Source: the human T2T-CHM13v2.0 reference genome, Homo sapiens | DNA: 64,000 nt | Direction: 5' to 3' (one strand) | Assembly (NCBI RefSeq): GCF_009914755.1 | Contig: NC_060932.1 | Shown: in pieces, positions 1-16,990 of the stretch | Layout: each line of letters opens with the position of its first letter | Numbering within the stretch: the first letter of the stretch is position 1 | Program-made: the position numbers and the translations under genes | Notes under the pieces: generated by a model | What the model was told of the DNA's origin: nothing | Seen by the model: the letters and a program-made list of their open reading frames with translations, nothing else | The model's database searches: none

Positions 1-300
1 CTGGTGCGCTGCACCCACTAACTCGTCATCTAGCATTAGGTATATCTCCCAATGCTATCCCTCCCCCTTCCCCCCACCCCACAACAGTCCCCAGAGTGTG
101 ATATTCCCCTTCCTGTGTCCATGTGATCTCATTGTTCAATTCCCACCTATGAGTGAGAATATGCGGTGTTTGGTTTTTTGTTCTTGTGATAGTTTACTGA
201 GAATGATGATTTCCAATTTCATCCATGTCCCTACAAAGGACATGAACTCATCATTTTTTATGGCTGCATAGTATTCCATGGTGTATATGTGCCACATTTT
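1..300 (-). mobile_element. Young L1PA (L1PA2/3-type) 3' end, left part of a 5'-truncated element interrupted at 300
   Basis: Near-copy of 428-727 (L1 3'UTR and ORF2 C-terminus). Carries the GATGACGAGTTAG (GAG) diagnostic. Stops at ...gtgtatatgtgccacatttt and resumes at 6372. Confidence 0.9.
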
Positions 301-358
301 ATTTATTTATTTATTTATTTTTATTATTATTATTACTATTATTATTATTTTTTTTAAT
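301..358. repeat. (TTTA)n/(TTA)n microsatellite derived from the L1 poly(A) tail
   Basis: atttatttatttatttatttttattattattattactattattatt lies directly at the L1 3' end. Confidence 0.9.
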
Positions 359-561
359 TATACTTTAAGTTTTAGGGTACATGTGCACTTTGTGCAGGTT
401 AGTTACATATGTATACATGTGCCATGCTGGTGCACTGCACCCACTAACTCGTCATCTAGCATTAGGTATATCTCCCAATGCTATCCCTCCCCCCTCCCCC
501 CTCCCCACCACAGTCCCCAGAGTGTGATATTCCCCTTCCTGTGTCCATGTGATCTCATTGT

Positions 562-4385
<3,824 letters not shown>

Positions 4386-4448
4386 TATGATGTTAGCTGG
4401 TTATTTTGCTCGTTAGTTGATGCAGTTTCTTCCTAGTCTCGATGGTCT

Positions 4449-5465
4449 TTACATTTTGGCATGATTTTGCAGCGGCTGGTACCGGTTGTTCCTTTCCATG
4501 TTTAGCGCTTCCTTCAGGAGCTCTTTTAGGGCAGGCCTGGTGGTGACAAAATCTCAGCATTTGCTTGTTTGTAAAGTATTTTATTTCTCCTTCACTTATG
4601 AAGCTTAGTTTGGCTGGATATGAAATTCTGGGTTGAAAATTCTTTTCTTTAAGAATGTTGAATATTGGCCCCCACTCTCTTCTGGCTTGTAGGGTTTCTG
4701 CCTAGAGATCCGCTGTTAGTCTGATGGGCTTCCCTTTGAGGGTAACCCGACCTTTCTCTCTGGCTGCCCTTAACATTTTTTCCTTCATTTCAACTTTGGT
4801 GAATCTGACAATTATGTGTCTTGGAAAGTTGCTCTTCTCGAGGAGTATCTTTGTGGCGTTCTCTGTATTTCCTGAATCTGAACGTTGGCCTGCCTTGCTA
4901 GATTGGGGAAGTTCTCCTGGATAATATCCTGCAGAGTGTTTTCCAACTTGGTTCCATTCTCCGCATCACTTTCAGGTACACCAATCAGATGTAGATTTGG
5001 TCTTTTCACATAGTCCCATATTTCTTGGAGGCTTTGCTCATTTCTTTTTATTCTTTTTTCTCTAAACTTCCCTTCTCGCTTCATTTCATTCATTTCATCT
5101 TCCATTGCTGATACCCTTTCTTCCAGTTGATCGCATCGGCTCCTGAGGCTTCTGCATTCTTCACGTAGTTCTCAAGCCTTGGTTTTCAGCTCCATCATCT
5201 CCTTTAAGCATTTCTCTGTATTGGGTATTCTAGTTATACATTCTTCTAAATTTTTTTCAAAGTTTTCAACTTCTTTGCCTTTGGTTTGAATGTCCTCCTG
5301 TAGCTCAGAGTAATTTGATCGTCTGAAGCCTTCCTCTCTCAGCTCCTCAAAATCATTCTCCATCCAGCTTTGTTCCATTGCTGGTGAGGAGCTGCGTTCC
5401 TTTGGAGGAGGAGAGGTGCTCTGTGTTTTAGAGTTTCCAGTTTTTCTGTTCTGTTTTTTCCCCAT
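4449..5465 (-). pseudogene. ORF1: L1 ORF1p (RNA chaperone), disrupted
   Basis: Starts MGKKQNRKTGNSKTQ. CGA>TGA stop at 5172-5174, a frameshift near 4825 (SSRRAT-FQDT), and a small deletion near 4553. Native stop at 4449-4451. Confidence 0.93.
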
Positions 5466-6371
5466 CTTTGTGGTTTTATCTACTTTTGGTCTTTGATGAT
5501 GGTGATGTACAGATGGGTTTTCGGTGTGGATGTCCTTTCTGTTTGTTAGTTTTCCTTCTAACAGACAGGACCCTCAGCTGCAGGTCTGTTGGAGTACCCT
5601 GCAGTGTGAGGTGTCAGTGTGCCCCTGCTGGGGGGTGCCTCCCAGTTAGGCTGCTCAGGGGTCAGGGGTCAGGGACCCACTTGAGGAGGCAGTCTGCCCG
5701 TTCTCAGATCTCCAGCTGCGTGCTGGGAGAACCACTGCTCTCTTCAAAGCTGTCAGACAGGGACATTTAAGTCTGCAGAGGTTACTGCTGTCTTTTTGTT
5801 TGTCTGTGCCCTGCCCCCAGAGGTGGAGCCTACAGAGGCATGCAGACCTCCTTGAGCTGTGGTGGGCTCCACCCAGTTTGAGCTTCCAGGTTGCTTTGTT
5901 TACCTAAGCAAGCCTGGGCAATGGCGGGCGCCCCTCCCCCAGCCTCGCTGCCACCTTGCAGTTTGATCTCAGACCGCTGTGCTAGCAATCAGCGAGATTC
6001 CGTGGGCGTAGGACCCTCCGAGCCAGGTGTGGGATATAGTCTCGTGGTGAGCCGTTTTTTAAGCCGGTCTGAAAAGCGCAATATTCGGGTGGGAGTGACC
6101 CGATTTTCCAGGTGCGTCCGTCACCCCTTTCTTTGACTCGGAAAGGGAACTCCCTGACCACTTGCACTTCCCAGGTGAGGCAATGCCTCGCCCTGCTTTG
6201 GCTCACGCACGGTGCGCGCACCCACTGGCCTGCGCCCACTGTCTGGCACTCCCTAGTGAGATGAACCCGGTACCTCAGATGGAAATGCAGAAATCACCCG
6301 TCTTCTGCGTCGCTCACGCTGGGAGCTGTAGACGGGAGCTGTTCCTATTCGGCCATCTTGGCTCCTCCCCC
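5466..6371. promoter_or_regulatory. L1 5'UTR: internal sense promoter (minus strand) and antisense promoter (plus strand, firing rightward)
   Basis: CpG-rich. The YY1 site CAAGATGGCCG is intact (6350-6360). Plus-strand splice donors CAG|GTGTGG (6026/7), CAG|GTGCGT (6111/2) and CAG|GTGAGG (6174/5). Confidence 0.85.
5921..6136 (+). CDS. ORF0: L1 antisense ORF0 protein, intact 71 aa
   Basis: ATG at 5921 in GCAATGG context. Translates MAGAPPPASLPPCSLISDRCASNQRDSVGVGPSEPGVGYSLVVSRFLSRSEKRNIRVGVTRFSRCVRHPFL*, matching primate L1 ORF0. Expression is not shown. Confidence 0.8.
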   Translation: MAGAPPPASLPPCSLISDRCASNQRDSVGVGPSEPGVGYSLVVSRFLSRSEKRNIRVGVTRFSRCVRHPFL

Positions 6372-6493
6372 CCACATTTTCTTAATCCAGTCTATCATTG
6401 TTGGACATTTGGGTTGGTTCCAAGTCTTTGCTATTGTGAATAATGCCGCAATAAACATACGTGTGCATGTGTCTTTATAGCAGCATGATTTAT
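6372..6493 (-). mobile_element. Right part (5'-truncated end) of the outer young L1PA
   Basis: Continues exactly from position 300 (ccacattttcttaatccagtc...). Identical to 718-839. Confidence 0.9.
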
Positions 6494-7615
6494 GCTCTGT
6501 TTCTATGAGGTCGACTTTTTTAGATTCCACATATAGGTGAGATTATACGGTATTTGTCTTTTTGTGCCTTGCTTATTTTACTTAGCACGGTGTCCTTCCT
6601 TTCCATCCATGTTGTCACAGATGTCAGCATTTCCTTATTTTTTTAAGGTTGTATAGTATTCCATCATGTGTATATATATTTTATATATATATACACTACG
6701 TATATAAAAATATGTATATATATACACACTACATTTTCTTTACCCATTCATCCTTTGATGGTCACTGAGGTTGCTTTCATAACTTAGCTATTGTGAATAA
6801 TGATGAAATAAACACGGGAGTGCAGATATATCCTTGGCATGCCCATTTTAATTTCTTTGGATATATACCTAGAGATGAGATTGCTGAATCATACAGTAAT
6901 TCTATTTTTAGTGTTTTAAGGAAACATCATGCTACTTCCTGAAATGTCTGTGCTAATTTATATTCTCACCAACAGCACAGCAAGGTTTCCTTGTCTCCAC
7001 ATCCTTGCCAACACTGGTCATCATTAGGCTCGAGTGCAGTGGTGCTATCTAGCTCACTGCAGCCTCAAACTCTTGAGCTCAAGCGATCCTCCTGCCTCAG
7101 CCTCCCGAGTAGTGAGGACCACAGGTGCCTGCGACCATACCTGGCTAATTTTTGAATTTTTCTGTAGATATGGGGTCTCTCTTTATTGCCCAGGCTGATC
7201 TCCAACTCCTGGCCTCTAGCACTCCTCTGGCCTCAGCCTCCCAAAGTACTGGTATTACAGACATGAGCTACCACGCCTGACCAGGTTATTTGTTTTTATG
7301 CTATTGAATTGAGTTCCTCATATATTTTGAATATTAGCCCCTTATCAGATGTATAGTTTGCAAATATTTTCTTCAAATTTGTGAGTTGTCTCTTTATTGT
7401 TTCTTTTGCAGTGCAGAAGATGTTTATTTTGATGCAATCTCATTTGTCTATTTTTATTTTTGTTGCCTGTGCTCTTGGGGTCCTGTCTGAGAAAGTGTTG
7501 CCTAGACCAATGTTGTGGAGATTTTCTCCTGTGTTTTCTTATAGTAGCTTTGCAATGTCAGGTCTTATGTTTAAGTCTTTTATTCATTTTGAATTGATCT
7601 TTGTATATGGTGTGA
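6494..7615 (-). mobile_element. Old L1MA/L1MB-type 3' fragment, host of the young L1s
   Basis: Diverged L1 3' sequence (ttagattccacatataggtgag..., ttttgatgcaatctcatttgtcta...) with a TA-rich patch at 6665-6730. Confidence 0.8.
7028..7282 (-). mobile_element. AluJ-type SINE lacking its tail
   Basis: gagtgcagtggtg...ctcccaaagtactggtattacagacatgagctaccacgcctgacc. Confidence 0.85.
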
Positions 7616-7849
7616 CATTTTCATTTAGGACAATTTCTGGGTTATCACTGGCATTCCCTGGCTAGGGACAATGTGGTCCCACACAAAAAATAACTAGCTC
7701 AACCTGTTGATTTTGTAGGGATGTCAAAGTCCAAGGTGGGAAACATGGTCTTCTATGGCCACATATTTTAACCTGAGACAATAATTCCAGTGCCTGACTC
7801 TGACCCCAGTGTTCTCATTTTTCTGATACAAGATGTAATAGCGAGTAAG

Positions 7850-8076
7850 AATGCTGGCTCTGGGGGGTTGAAATTCTGACTCTAGTACATTATATCTGTG
7901 TGATGCTGGGCAAATTACTTATCTAAGATTCAGTTTCTTTATTTACAAAATGAGAACAATCTCTTAGTACCTACCTTCTATGGTTGTTTTGAGAATAAAA
8001 ATGAGTTGATTTACCTGCAAAATGCTCAGAATAGTAGCTGGTACATGGGGAACTCTCCTAAATGTTGGATGTTATT
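7850..8076 (+). mobile_element. MIR
   Basis: Core gggcaaattacttatctaagattcagtttctttatttacaaaatgag...tacctacc. Confidence 0.7.
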
Positions 8077-8124
8077 GCCCTTAATATTTGCACGTAGCTG
8101 TTTTCATGAAGATGGATGGCACTT

Positions 8125-8460
8125 TTTTTCTTATTTAAGTGGTTTTATTGAAGCATAATGAACTTACAGAAAAGTTCACATGTCATAAATGTGTAACTTA
8201 CTAAATGCCCACCAGTGGGGTCCACTCTCATTACCAGCATCCAGATCAAGATGCAGAACATCAGCATCACCTATGAGGTCCTGTTCTGCTCTCTACCAGT
8301 CCCTCTTTCCCTCAGAGAGTAAACCATTATTCTAAATTTCAGGAGCATAGATTCTTTTTTGCCCATTTTTATGCCTTGCATCCATGGAATCATAGAACAT
8401 GTACTTTTTTGTGTCTCTGGCTTTTTTCCCTCGACATTGTATTTGTGAGATTTCTCCTTA
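8125..8460 (-). mobile_element. Ancient L1ME-type 3' end
   Basis: ttttattgaagcataat...ccagatcaagatgcagaacat...ggaatcatagaacatgtacttttttgtgtctctggc. Confidence 0.6.
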
Positions 8461-9619
8461 TTCCTTTCTTCCTTCCCCGCTCCTTCTCCCCTCATTTATT
8501 GGATGGGAATAAAGTACCAGTACAGTGGGAACATATCTGGGTAGGTGACTTCATCAGAGTTTTCAAACAGGCGAGTAGGCTACTTAGATTAATGAAAAGA
8601 ATTTGGTAAAGGCTTGCTGCCTTATTAAAATCATGACATTTAAGAATCCAAAGGTGGTAAGAAGTTTGGAATTAGTGATTTGGACATTGAGGGAGGAATC
8701 AAAGAAAGAGACAGATGATAAGCAAAAGCCTAAAAACATAGCATCATTTCTAGGGCAATGACTCAAAGCGGGCCTCTTGCTAGATGGAGTCAGTTCAAGA
8801 GAGCTCTTTCATTTCCCACTAGCATTTTCCCTGATCATTTTATTTATGATAATTATGGCTCATTTCTTTATATAATGAAAATGCATTCTAAAGTACAAGT
8901 TGTTTTCCATGAAATTGATTCCCAGAAAAATGATTTTCTGCTGCCTGCTCACACTTTGGAAGGTGCCCTCAAGTGACCCCACTGCTTCCTTCTCCAAGCA
9001 GCCCTCCCTGCAGACCTGTTGGTACGTTTGTGCAAAAAGTAAATAAAAGGCTGCTGACTTGAACTGATATTCATCTTTATTTTTATACTCCGGTGGGAGC
9101 CATTGTCTGCTTAACTTCAGGACATCAAGGTAATTCATTCTTTCTTTCACTATAGAGGCAAAACAAATTCTGACCTAATGGTTCCACCAGGCAGGAAGTC
9201 ACCAAAGAGTTGCCAGACATTTTAAGAGAGGTATCACATAGAGAAATAAAGAGCATAGCCCTGCAGAGAGATTCACAAATGATTTAATCAGTAGTTCAGA
9301 CAGGTAGGGAGAGTTGTGAGCTGTCATCTATCAGGTTAGTCTGAGTTATGCATCTGGATCTAATTTGGGGCTGAATTTAGATGTGCTACTAGATGAGACT
9401 ATGTGCTTGCTTAAGGTGACTAAGATGAAGTAATAGGAAGGGATATTTTTTCCTAAAGACATAATGAAAGAAATTGCTTCTGAGCCAGGTCTAAAAGTAG
9501 AAAAAACAAAGGATTACACTAGTTTCTTTTTCACCTTTGCAAGAGTTAATATTTTAGTGTTATATATCATTGTAGAGTTGGACATTATCAGTATTCTTAT
9601 TATTGCCCAGATATGATCT

Positions 9620-9900
9620 CCCTTGTTTTCTTGGACACACCCATGGCTTCAACCATTGCCTCGTATAGGTGACTTCCAAATCTGTATCCCGAGCACATCT
9701 CTTCCCCTGTGCTCTGTATCTGTATATCCAAATGCTGGCTGGGCTTCTTCATCTGGAGATCCTTCCATTGTCTCATACATAGGAAATACGTCTGAAGCTG
9801 AGCTCATAATTTCTACTTTTTTGCTGTCAAATCCATTTCATCCTGTATTATCTGACTGGATGAGTGGTGCTACCCACTCCCTAAAGCTCAAGCTAAAGAT
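9620..9900 (+). mobile_element. L2 fragment
   Basis: cccatggcttcaaccattgcc...gacttccaaatctgtatc, typical of L2. Confidence 0.55.
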
Positions 9901-9904
9901 ATGA

Positions 9905-12900
9905 AAGAATCTAAAATTTAAATAAAGGAAGAGATATTTATGAATCGGACAACTCAACATTGTTAAGATGTCAATTCTTCCCAAGTTAATTTATATATTT
10001 AATAAAATCTCAGTTTAAATTTCAGCAAGTCACTTTGTAGATATTGACAAGTAATTCTAAAGTTTATATAAAAAGGCAAAAGAATTCAACTAATGCAAAC
10101 AATACTGAAGAGAAGCAAAGTTAGAAGGCTCATTCTACCTGATTTCAAGACTTAATATAAAGTGACAGTAATGAAGACAGTGTGGTACTGGTGAAAGAGT
10201 AGACATGTGGATCAACAGAACAGCATGGAGAACCTGGAAATACACCTACACAAATACACAGAAAGAGTCAATTGCTCTTTTACAAAGGTGCAAAGGCAAT
10301 TGGATAGAGAAAGAAGACTTTTCAACAAACAATACTGAAACAATGTTGGGCAAAACATCTACACAGACATTATACAGAAGAAAATACTTGGATGGCAAGT
10401 AAGCATATGAAAAGATGCTCAAAGTCATTTGTCATTAGTGAATTTTAAAGTAAACAAAAATGAGATTCTAGTACACATCTATTAGAATGGTTAAATCTAA
10501 AAACCGAACAAAGCCAATTGCTGATAGAGATGTGAAGCAGCAGAAATTCTCAAATGTTGCTGGTGAAAATGTAAGTGGTATAGCCACTTTGGAAGACTAT
10601 TTGACAATTTCTCACAAAGCTAAATATAGTCCTAACATATTTCAGCAATCATGCTTCTAGGTATTTGCACAACTGATTTGAAAACCGATGTCCACAGAAA
10701 ACCCAGCACGTGAATGTTTATAGCAGATTTATTCATTATTACCTCAAACAGTAAACAACCAATATGTCTTTCAATAGGTGAGTGGATAAAAAAGCTGTAG
10801 TACATTCATGCAATGGAATATTATTCAGTGGTAAAAAAGAAGGAGCTATTAAACTGTTAAGCTACACAAAGAAATGTATACATCTTCAATGCCTATTGCC
10901 AAGTGAAAAGACAGTCTGAAAGGACTATGTACAGTATGATTCTATTTGTGTAACATTCTGAAAAAGGCATAATTATAGAGATGATAAATAGGTCACAGTT
11001 GCCAAGGGCTTGGGAGGCAGTATGGTTAAATAGGTGAAACAAAGGAAATGTTTTAGCGTGATGAAACTATCCTGTTTGGTTCTGTAATGTGAATACATGA
11101 CACCACATAATTGTCAAAACCCATAGAACCTTACAGCAGTAAGAGTGGACCTTGATATATACAAATTTAAATAATCATGTAAGAGGTTGAAGGATCCCAA
11201 GATGGGACACAGAACATGAGAAAATAATCTACCTGTATTAAAAATGTATGAAACAACCTCACTGAAAGGGCTGGGAAGAAAATGTTGACTAAAGGCAAAA
11301 GTATGTAAACAATGTACTTTGGTTGATAAAGTTGTTTCCCATGGAGGTATGTGTTAATTATAAAACCACTATATATGTATACAGGAATTGAATACTTAAG
11401 TAAATGAATGGCAGATGGTAGGAGACATTTTCTCACTTTTGGAATGGTTGGTTATAGACAAGCAAAAGGAGAAGTCTATAATAATCCATTTGGTAATGGA
11501 TTAGAGTTGGTGACATCAGTATGAACTCGTGTTTACTTTACCATACAGATGGTTACATACAGAAATATTTGTGTATGTATTCATAGGTTAGTATGCATAA
11601 ATATATTTGCTTGTGCTGCCAGCTGAAAGGGCCCTGAAACAATAACATCCCAGTAGTAACAAACACACCTGGCACTCAGATCTTGGTTTCTAACACCATT
11701 CTTCAATAAAAGAAACCAGAGCTCTTCAGGAAAAAATGGTTGATTCTAGGACTGGTGCAGAAACTAAGAGGAACCCAGAGTACTTTGTAGTGCCAAAAAG
11801 GAAGCGCTAAACACCAACCCCCTGCCCACTCCCCTCCCCCACACATAATGTTGAGAGTTTGTAAATGGGATGAAAGATCCAATTGAAAGAGGTTCGCATG
11901 ACCAAGGTTGGAATAAAGTAGTATTTTATCATAATCCAAAGTATAAAATAAATATCCAAGAGTCCATCCTGATATATAAGTAAATAGAATAGATAAATCT
12001 CCCATTCAAAAAATTCCAAATTATTTGTATAGATACCTCAAGGAGGTAAAGCATAGCTTCCCACTCCTTAAGAGTGAAGTGTGCACAGTGGCTTTCATTT
12101 AATGAGTACAGTATGGTAAGGGGAGCGAAAAGAGTCACTTTAAAGTGGAGAACCCTTATAAACACTACCTCATTCAGGTGATCACTGTTAATATCAGCAG
12201 AGATAAGTCACGTTGATAGTATATCTTTGATATGATGTGATGAGAATAGGACTTTACCTCTGTGGTCTACCCTCTGAAACCCATATGTATTAGGCTGTTC
12301 TTGCATTGCTATAAAGAAATACCTGAGACTGGGTAACTTATAAAGAAAAGAGGTTTAATTGGCTGTACAGGAAGTATAACACAGGTATTTGCTTCTGGAG
12401 AGGCCTCAGGAAGCTTCCAAACATGGCAGAAGGTGAAGGGGGAGCAGGTGTCTCACATGGCAGGAGTGAGAGAGAGAGTGAGGTGCCACATACTTTAAAC
12501 AACCATATCTTTCGAGAATTTACTATCATGAGGACAGTACCAAGGAGATGGCACTAAATCATTCGTGAGAGATCCGCCCCATAATCCAATCACCTCCCAC
12601 CAGGCCCCACCTCAACATTGGGAATTACATTTCAACATGAGATTTGGGTGAGGACAAGTATCCAAACTATATCACCGTCATTCTAGTCTCATTGTGAGAA
12701 AAATATCAGACAAATCACAATTGAGGGAACTTCTACAACACACCTGATCAGTACTTCTTAAAACTACGAAGGTCATCAAAAACGAAGTCTGAGAAATGGC
12801 CCAGAGGTGCCAAAGAAGAGGTGGTAGTTAAATGTAATGGGGTGCCCTAGATGGGATGCTGGAGCGGAAGTAATACATTATGAAAAACTAAGACAAGCTG

Positions 12901-13080
12901 AATAAATTTTATAATACAATTTTCTAATATACCAATATTGGTTCATTAATTGTGACAAATGTAACATACTAATGTAAGATAATAACAGGATTCTGGGCAT
13001 GGGGAATATAGAAACTCTGTACTATCTTTGCAATTTTTCTATAAGTCTAAGAGCATTCTAAAAAAAACTTATATTTAAAA
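9905..13080 (+). mobile_element. L1MC/L1MD-type LINE (ORF2 3' relic plus long 3'UTR)
   Basis: caacattgttaagatgtcaattcttcccaag, acctgatttcaagactta and agatcttggtttctaacacc; ends at ...ctgtactatctttgcaatttttctataagtctaa followed by an A-rich tail. Confidence 0.8.
12286..12674 (-). mobile_element. MSTA-type MaLR solo LTR
   Basis: tgtattaggctgttcttgcattgctataaagaaatacctgagactggg...gagatttgggtgaggacaagtatccaaactatatca, with TG...CA ends. Confidence 0.85.
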
Positions 13081-14639
13081 AAGCATACCTGATAGAGAAT
13101 TCCCATTTAGCATTTTCTCATGGTTCCCTACATCTACTGGGTATTACCAACTCCTTGACATGTGTACGAGGTCCTCTGTAATCTGACCATTCAAAACCTC
13201 CTAAACCTTGTCATCCAGTGCTCTTCATATAACTTCTGTCCTCCAACTATAACAACATACACAAGGTTCACCATAAATGTTGGTCTCATTCACACTGCTA
13301 TATGTTGGACATGATGTTCCCTCTGTGTGGAATTCATTTCCCCCATTGTCTCTCAGAGAGTCACAAAATCCTGCTAAGATATCTTCTTGCCTGGCTTCCA
13401 GGCTGTAGTCAGCAGGAGTGAAGGCAGGACTTCAGAGCTTTGTGTGATCCTGGGAAGCATGACATTCCATTTCTTCCCTCCCTCTAACACTCACAATCTT
13501 AGAACCATGATCCATTTTGGGGATTATCAAGATCCACCATGCACCTGACCCCTGTTGATGTCAGTCACCTCAGGCAGACTAGGACCCAGATCATTCCTTC
13601 TTGCCTGGACTCTCATCTCCATGTGGCTCCACACTTCCTTTAATTTGACATCATCTCTCACTCCTCCCCAACTCCTGAAATCCATCCATTGTGCTCTTTG
13701 GAACTCATCCCAGTCCCCTGCATCTTCATCCTCTTTTCTGAATGTGGCCTTTCCCTCCTTGCTCTAATGAAAACCTGTTTCTCCATGGAGGAGCCTGTTT
13801 CTCCTGTAGCCTCATCAGTGATAGCCTTTTATTCCACTTAACATCTCGTATTATTGAACTTTGAAGCGGAAAAGTTTTACTTTCTTCTCACTGATGGCTT
13901 TAAGCCATTCTCTCTCTCTCTCCTTCTAGCTCTGAAGTACTTGTCATCAGATTAAAGCATCTGCTAGCCTTCTCTGTTGCAACCCTGTGCAGGTGACATC
14001 CCCCAACCCCAGGACACTGTTTTTCACTCTTTGAAGATGTGGGTCCTGGATTACCATTACCCTCTCCAGCAATGCCTGGTGGCTTCCCTGTCTACATGGA
14101 TGATCATGTCATCTTCTGTTCTACCACAGCATTCCACTCCCACAATCACACCCTGATCTTGTCATTATCAATAATTGTATCCCCTCTGTATCACATTCCT
14201 TTCTGATCATAATCTCTGACCTTTCTGCTTCTGTCTTCTAATGCTCTGAATCCAACAATTATTTACCACACTGGGACCTATAATACCTTGGTCTGATCGT
14301 CTTCTCACTACCCCTCATGCCACTCATATTGTCACTTTCCTTCTTATCAGTTTAGATTCTGTAGAACATCTTATAATTACCACCTTGCCTCTTTTGCTCT
14401 TATCTCCCTTTAGTGTATTCACCTGGCCAAATTCCAACCATAGTTAATTAAAACTTTCTATCTATCCTTTGCCTATTCCCAGACAGCTAAATGAGGCTAG
14501 AGAAAAACATGCCACCATGTTGACTGGTTTTATTTCCATGACTACAAATCTCAAGTGAGCTCTTACTGATATATTTCCCTAATCCATTATCTCTTCTACT
14601 TTCCCAGATGACGATTTCATACCTTCTTTTCTCAAGTCA

Positions 14640-14860
14640 TAGAATATAGGGTCAGACTGCCTAGGATGGCATCCAGGCTTTTGCCACATACTAGCTGCGT
14701 CACGTTACCTATCCCTCAGTCTTCATGCCTCAGAATCACCCTCTGTAAAGTGGGAGTAATAATATTAACTACCTCATAGAATTATGAGTAAATGAATCAT
14801 GCATGTGCACTACTAAGATCAGTCCCTGCTAATAGTAAGTGCTAAAGAAACGGTAGCTGG
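14640..14860 (+). mobile_element. MIR
   Basis: gtcagactgcctagg...ctctgtaaagtgggagtaataatattaactacctcatagaatt...atagtaagtgct. Confidence 0.7.
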
Positions 14861-15278
14861 CTTCCTATTTTACATAGAAAATAGTAATACTCAGAAAAGA
14901 GCTTTCACATGCTTCAACTCCGCTACCAATACATCTACTGATACAACTCCCAATACCAATGCATCTGTAATGTATCATACACTCTTCTTTCTATACTTTG
15001 TCTGTAAATGAATTAAATGACTGGTACATCTTATTATCTAAGTCAATCCCCTCTGTATTCTCCTCTGTATTCCAGTTGTTCTTCTCCATCAGCATCTCAA
15101 GGCCATTCCTCTGGCAGGTTTACCTTCTCTCTCCTGAATCATCAAATATTCCCTCTCTAGTGGATCAAATGTATAAACGTGCCATAATATTTTCCACCTT
15201 GGAAGATTATTTTTTTTGATACTATATGTTCCTCCAGCTACCATCTCATTTCTCTGCTTTCCTTAAAAGCAAATCTCA

Positions 15279-15577
<299 letters not shown>

Positions 15578-16617
15578 TGCCCCAAAACCTCAAATATCTT
15601 CTGTACTCACTGTCGTCACTTTCTATTTTCCAATTCTCTCTTGAATCAACTCTGCTGAAAGAGGTCACCAGTGACTTCCATGCTGTTAAATCCTAACAAT
15701 TCTCATTTCACTCTTCAGTTTCTGGGACGTCATGGAATCTATTCTCCTTTGATCTCAGCACCACTTTTTCTCAGTCTCCTTTTCAACTTTAAAAAGTTGA
15801 GGCATTCAGGGCTTAAGCCTTGCTCCTCCTCCTGTCTGCCTTCTTCTTCTTCTAAATCAGTATTTATCCTTTAAAGGGGCTTATCTGATTTCATGATTTT
15901 AAATACCATCTTCCAATTTTATATCTGCACCCTGGGCCTCTCGCCTGAATTCCATATATGTATATACAACTGCCTATACCAGATCACCTTGTTCATCTCT
16001 AACAGGCATCTCAAACATCAAGATCTTCATAGCAGGCTCTGGCTTCCCACCTGTGCCACCCATATATGCTCTTCTAAATGTCTTTCCCATATTAATAAAT
16101 GACAACTCCATTTCTCAAGTTTCTCAGGCAAAAAGCTTTGGAGTCATCCTTGACTCCACTCTTTCATACATACCATTTCCAATTTATGTGCAAATCCTGC
16201 AGGCTCTCCCTTCAGAATCTGTCCAGAAGCTAACCACGTCCACCATCTGTCACTACCATTCTGCCCCAAGCCACTGTTGGCTCTGGTCTGTTAACTCACT
16301 CCTGTTTCATACCTTCTCCTCTATAGTATTCTCCCATCAGAATTCAGAATGATCTTTGACAAACTTCAGTCAAATCATGTCACTCTGCTTCTAAAAGCCC
16401 CTCAGTTGCTCATTATTTCACTCAGAGTACAACTCAAGATCTGTTCACACTCTGCAAGGCCCTCTGCAGTCTGGCCTTTGTCTATTCTCTGACCCCATGT
16501 CATGCCACCCTTCCCTCTCTTTCTACATCCCAGTCCCACTTACCTGTCTGCTCTTTCTTGAATACACTCAGCAAGCTCCTTTCTCAGGGCCTTGCACTGG
16601 CTCATTTCTCTTTCTGA

Positions 16618-16990
<373 letters not shown>

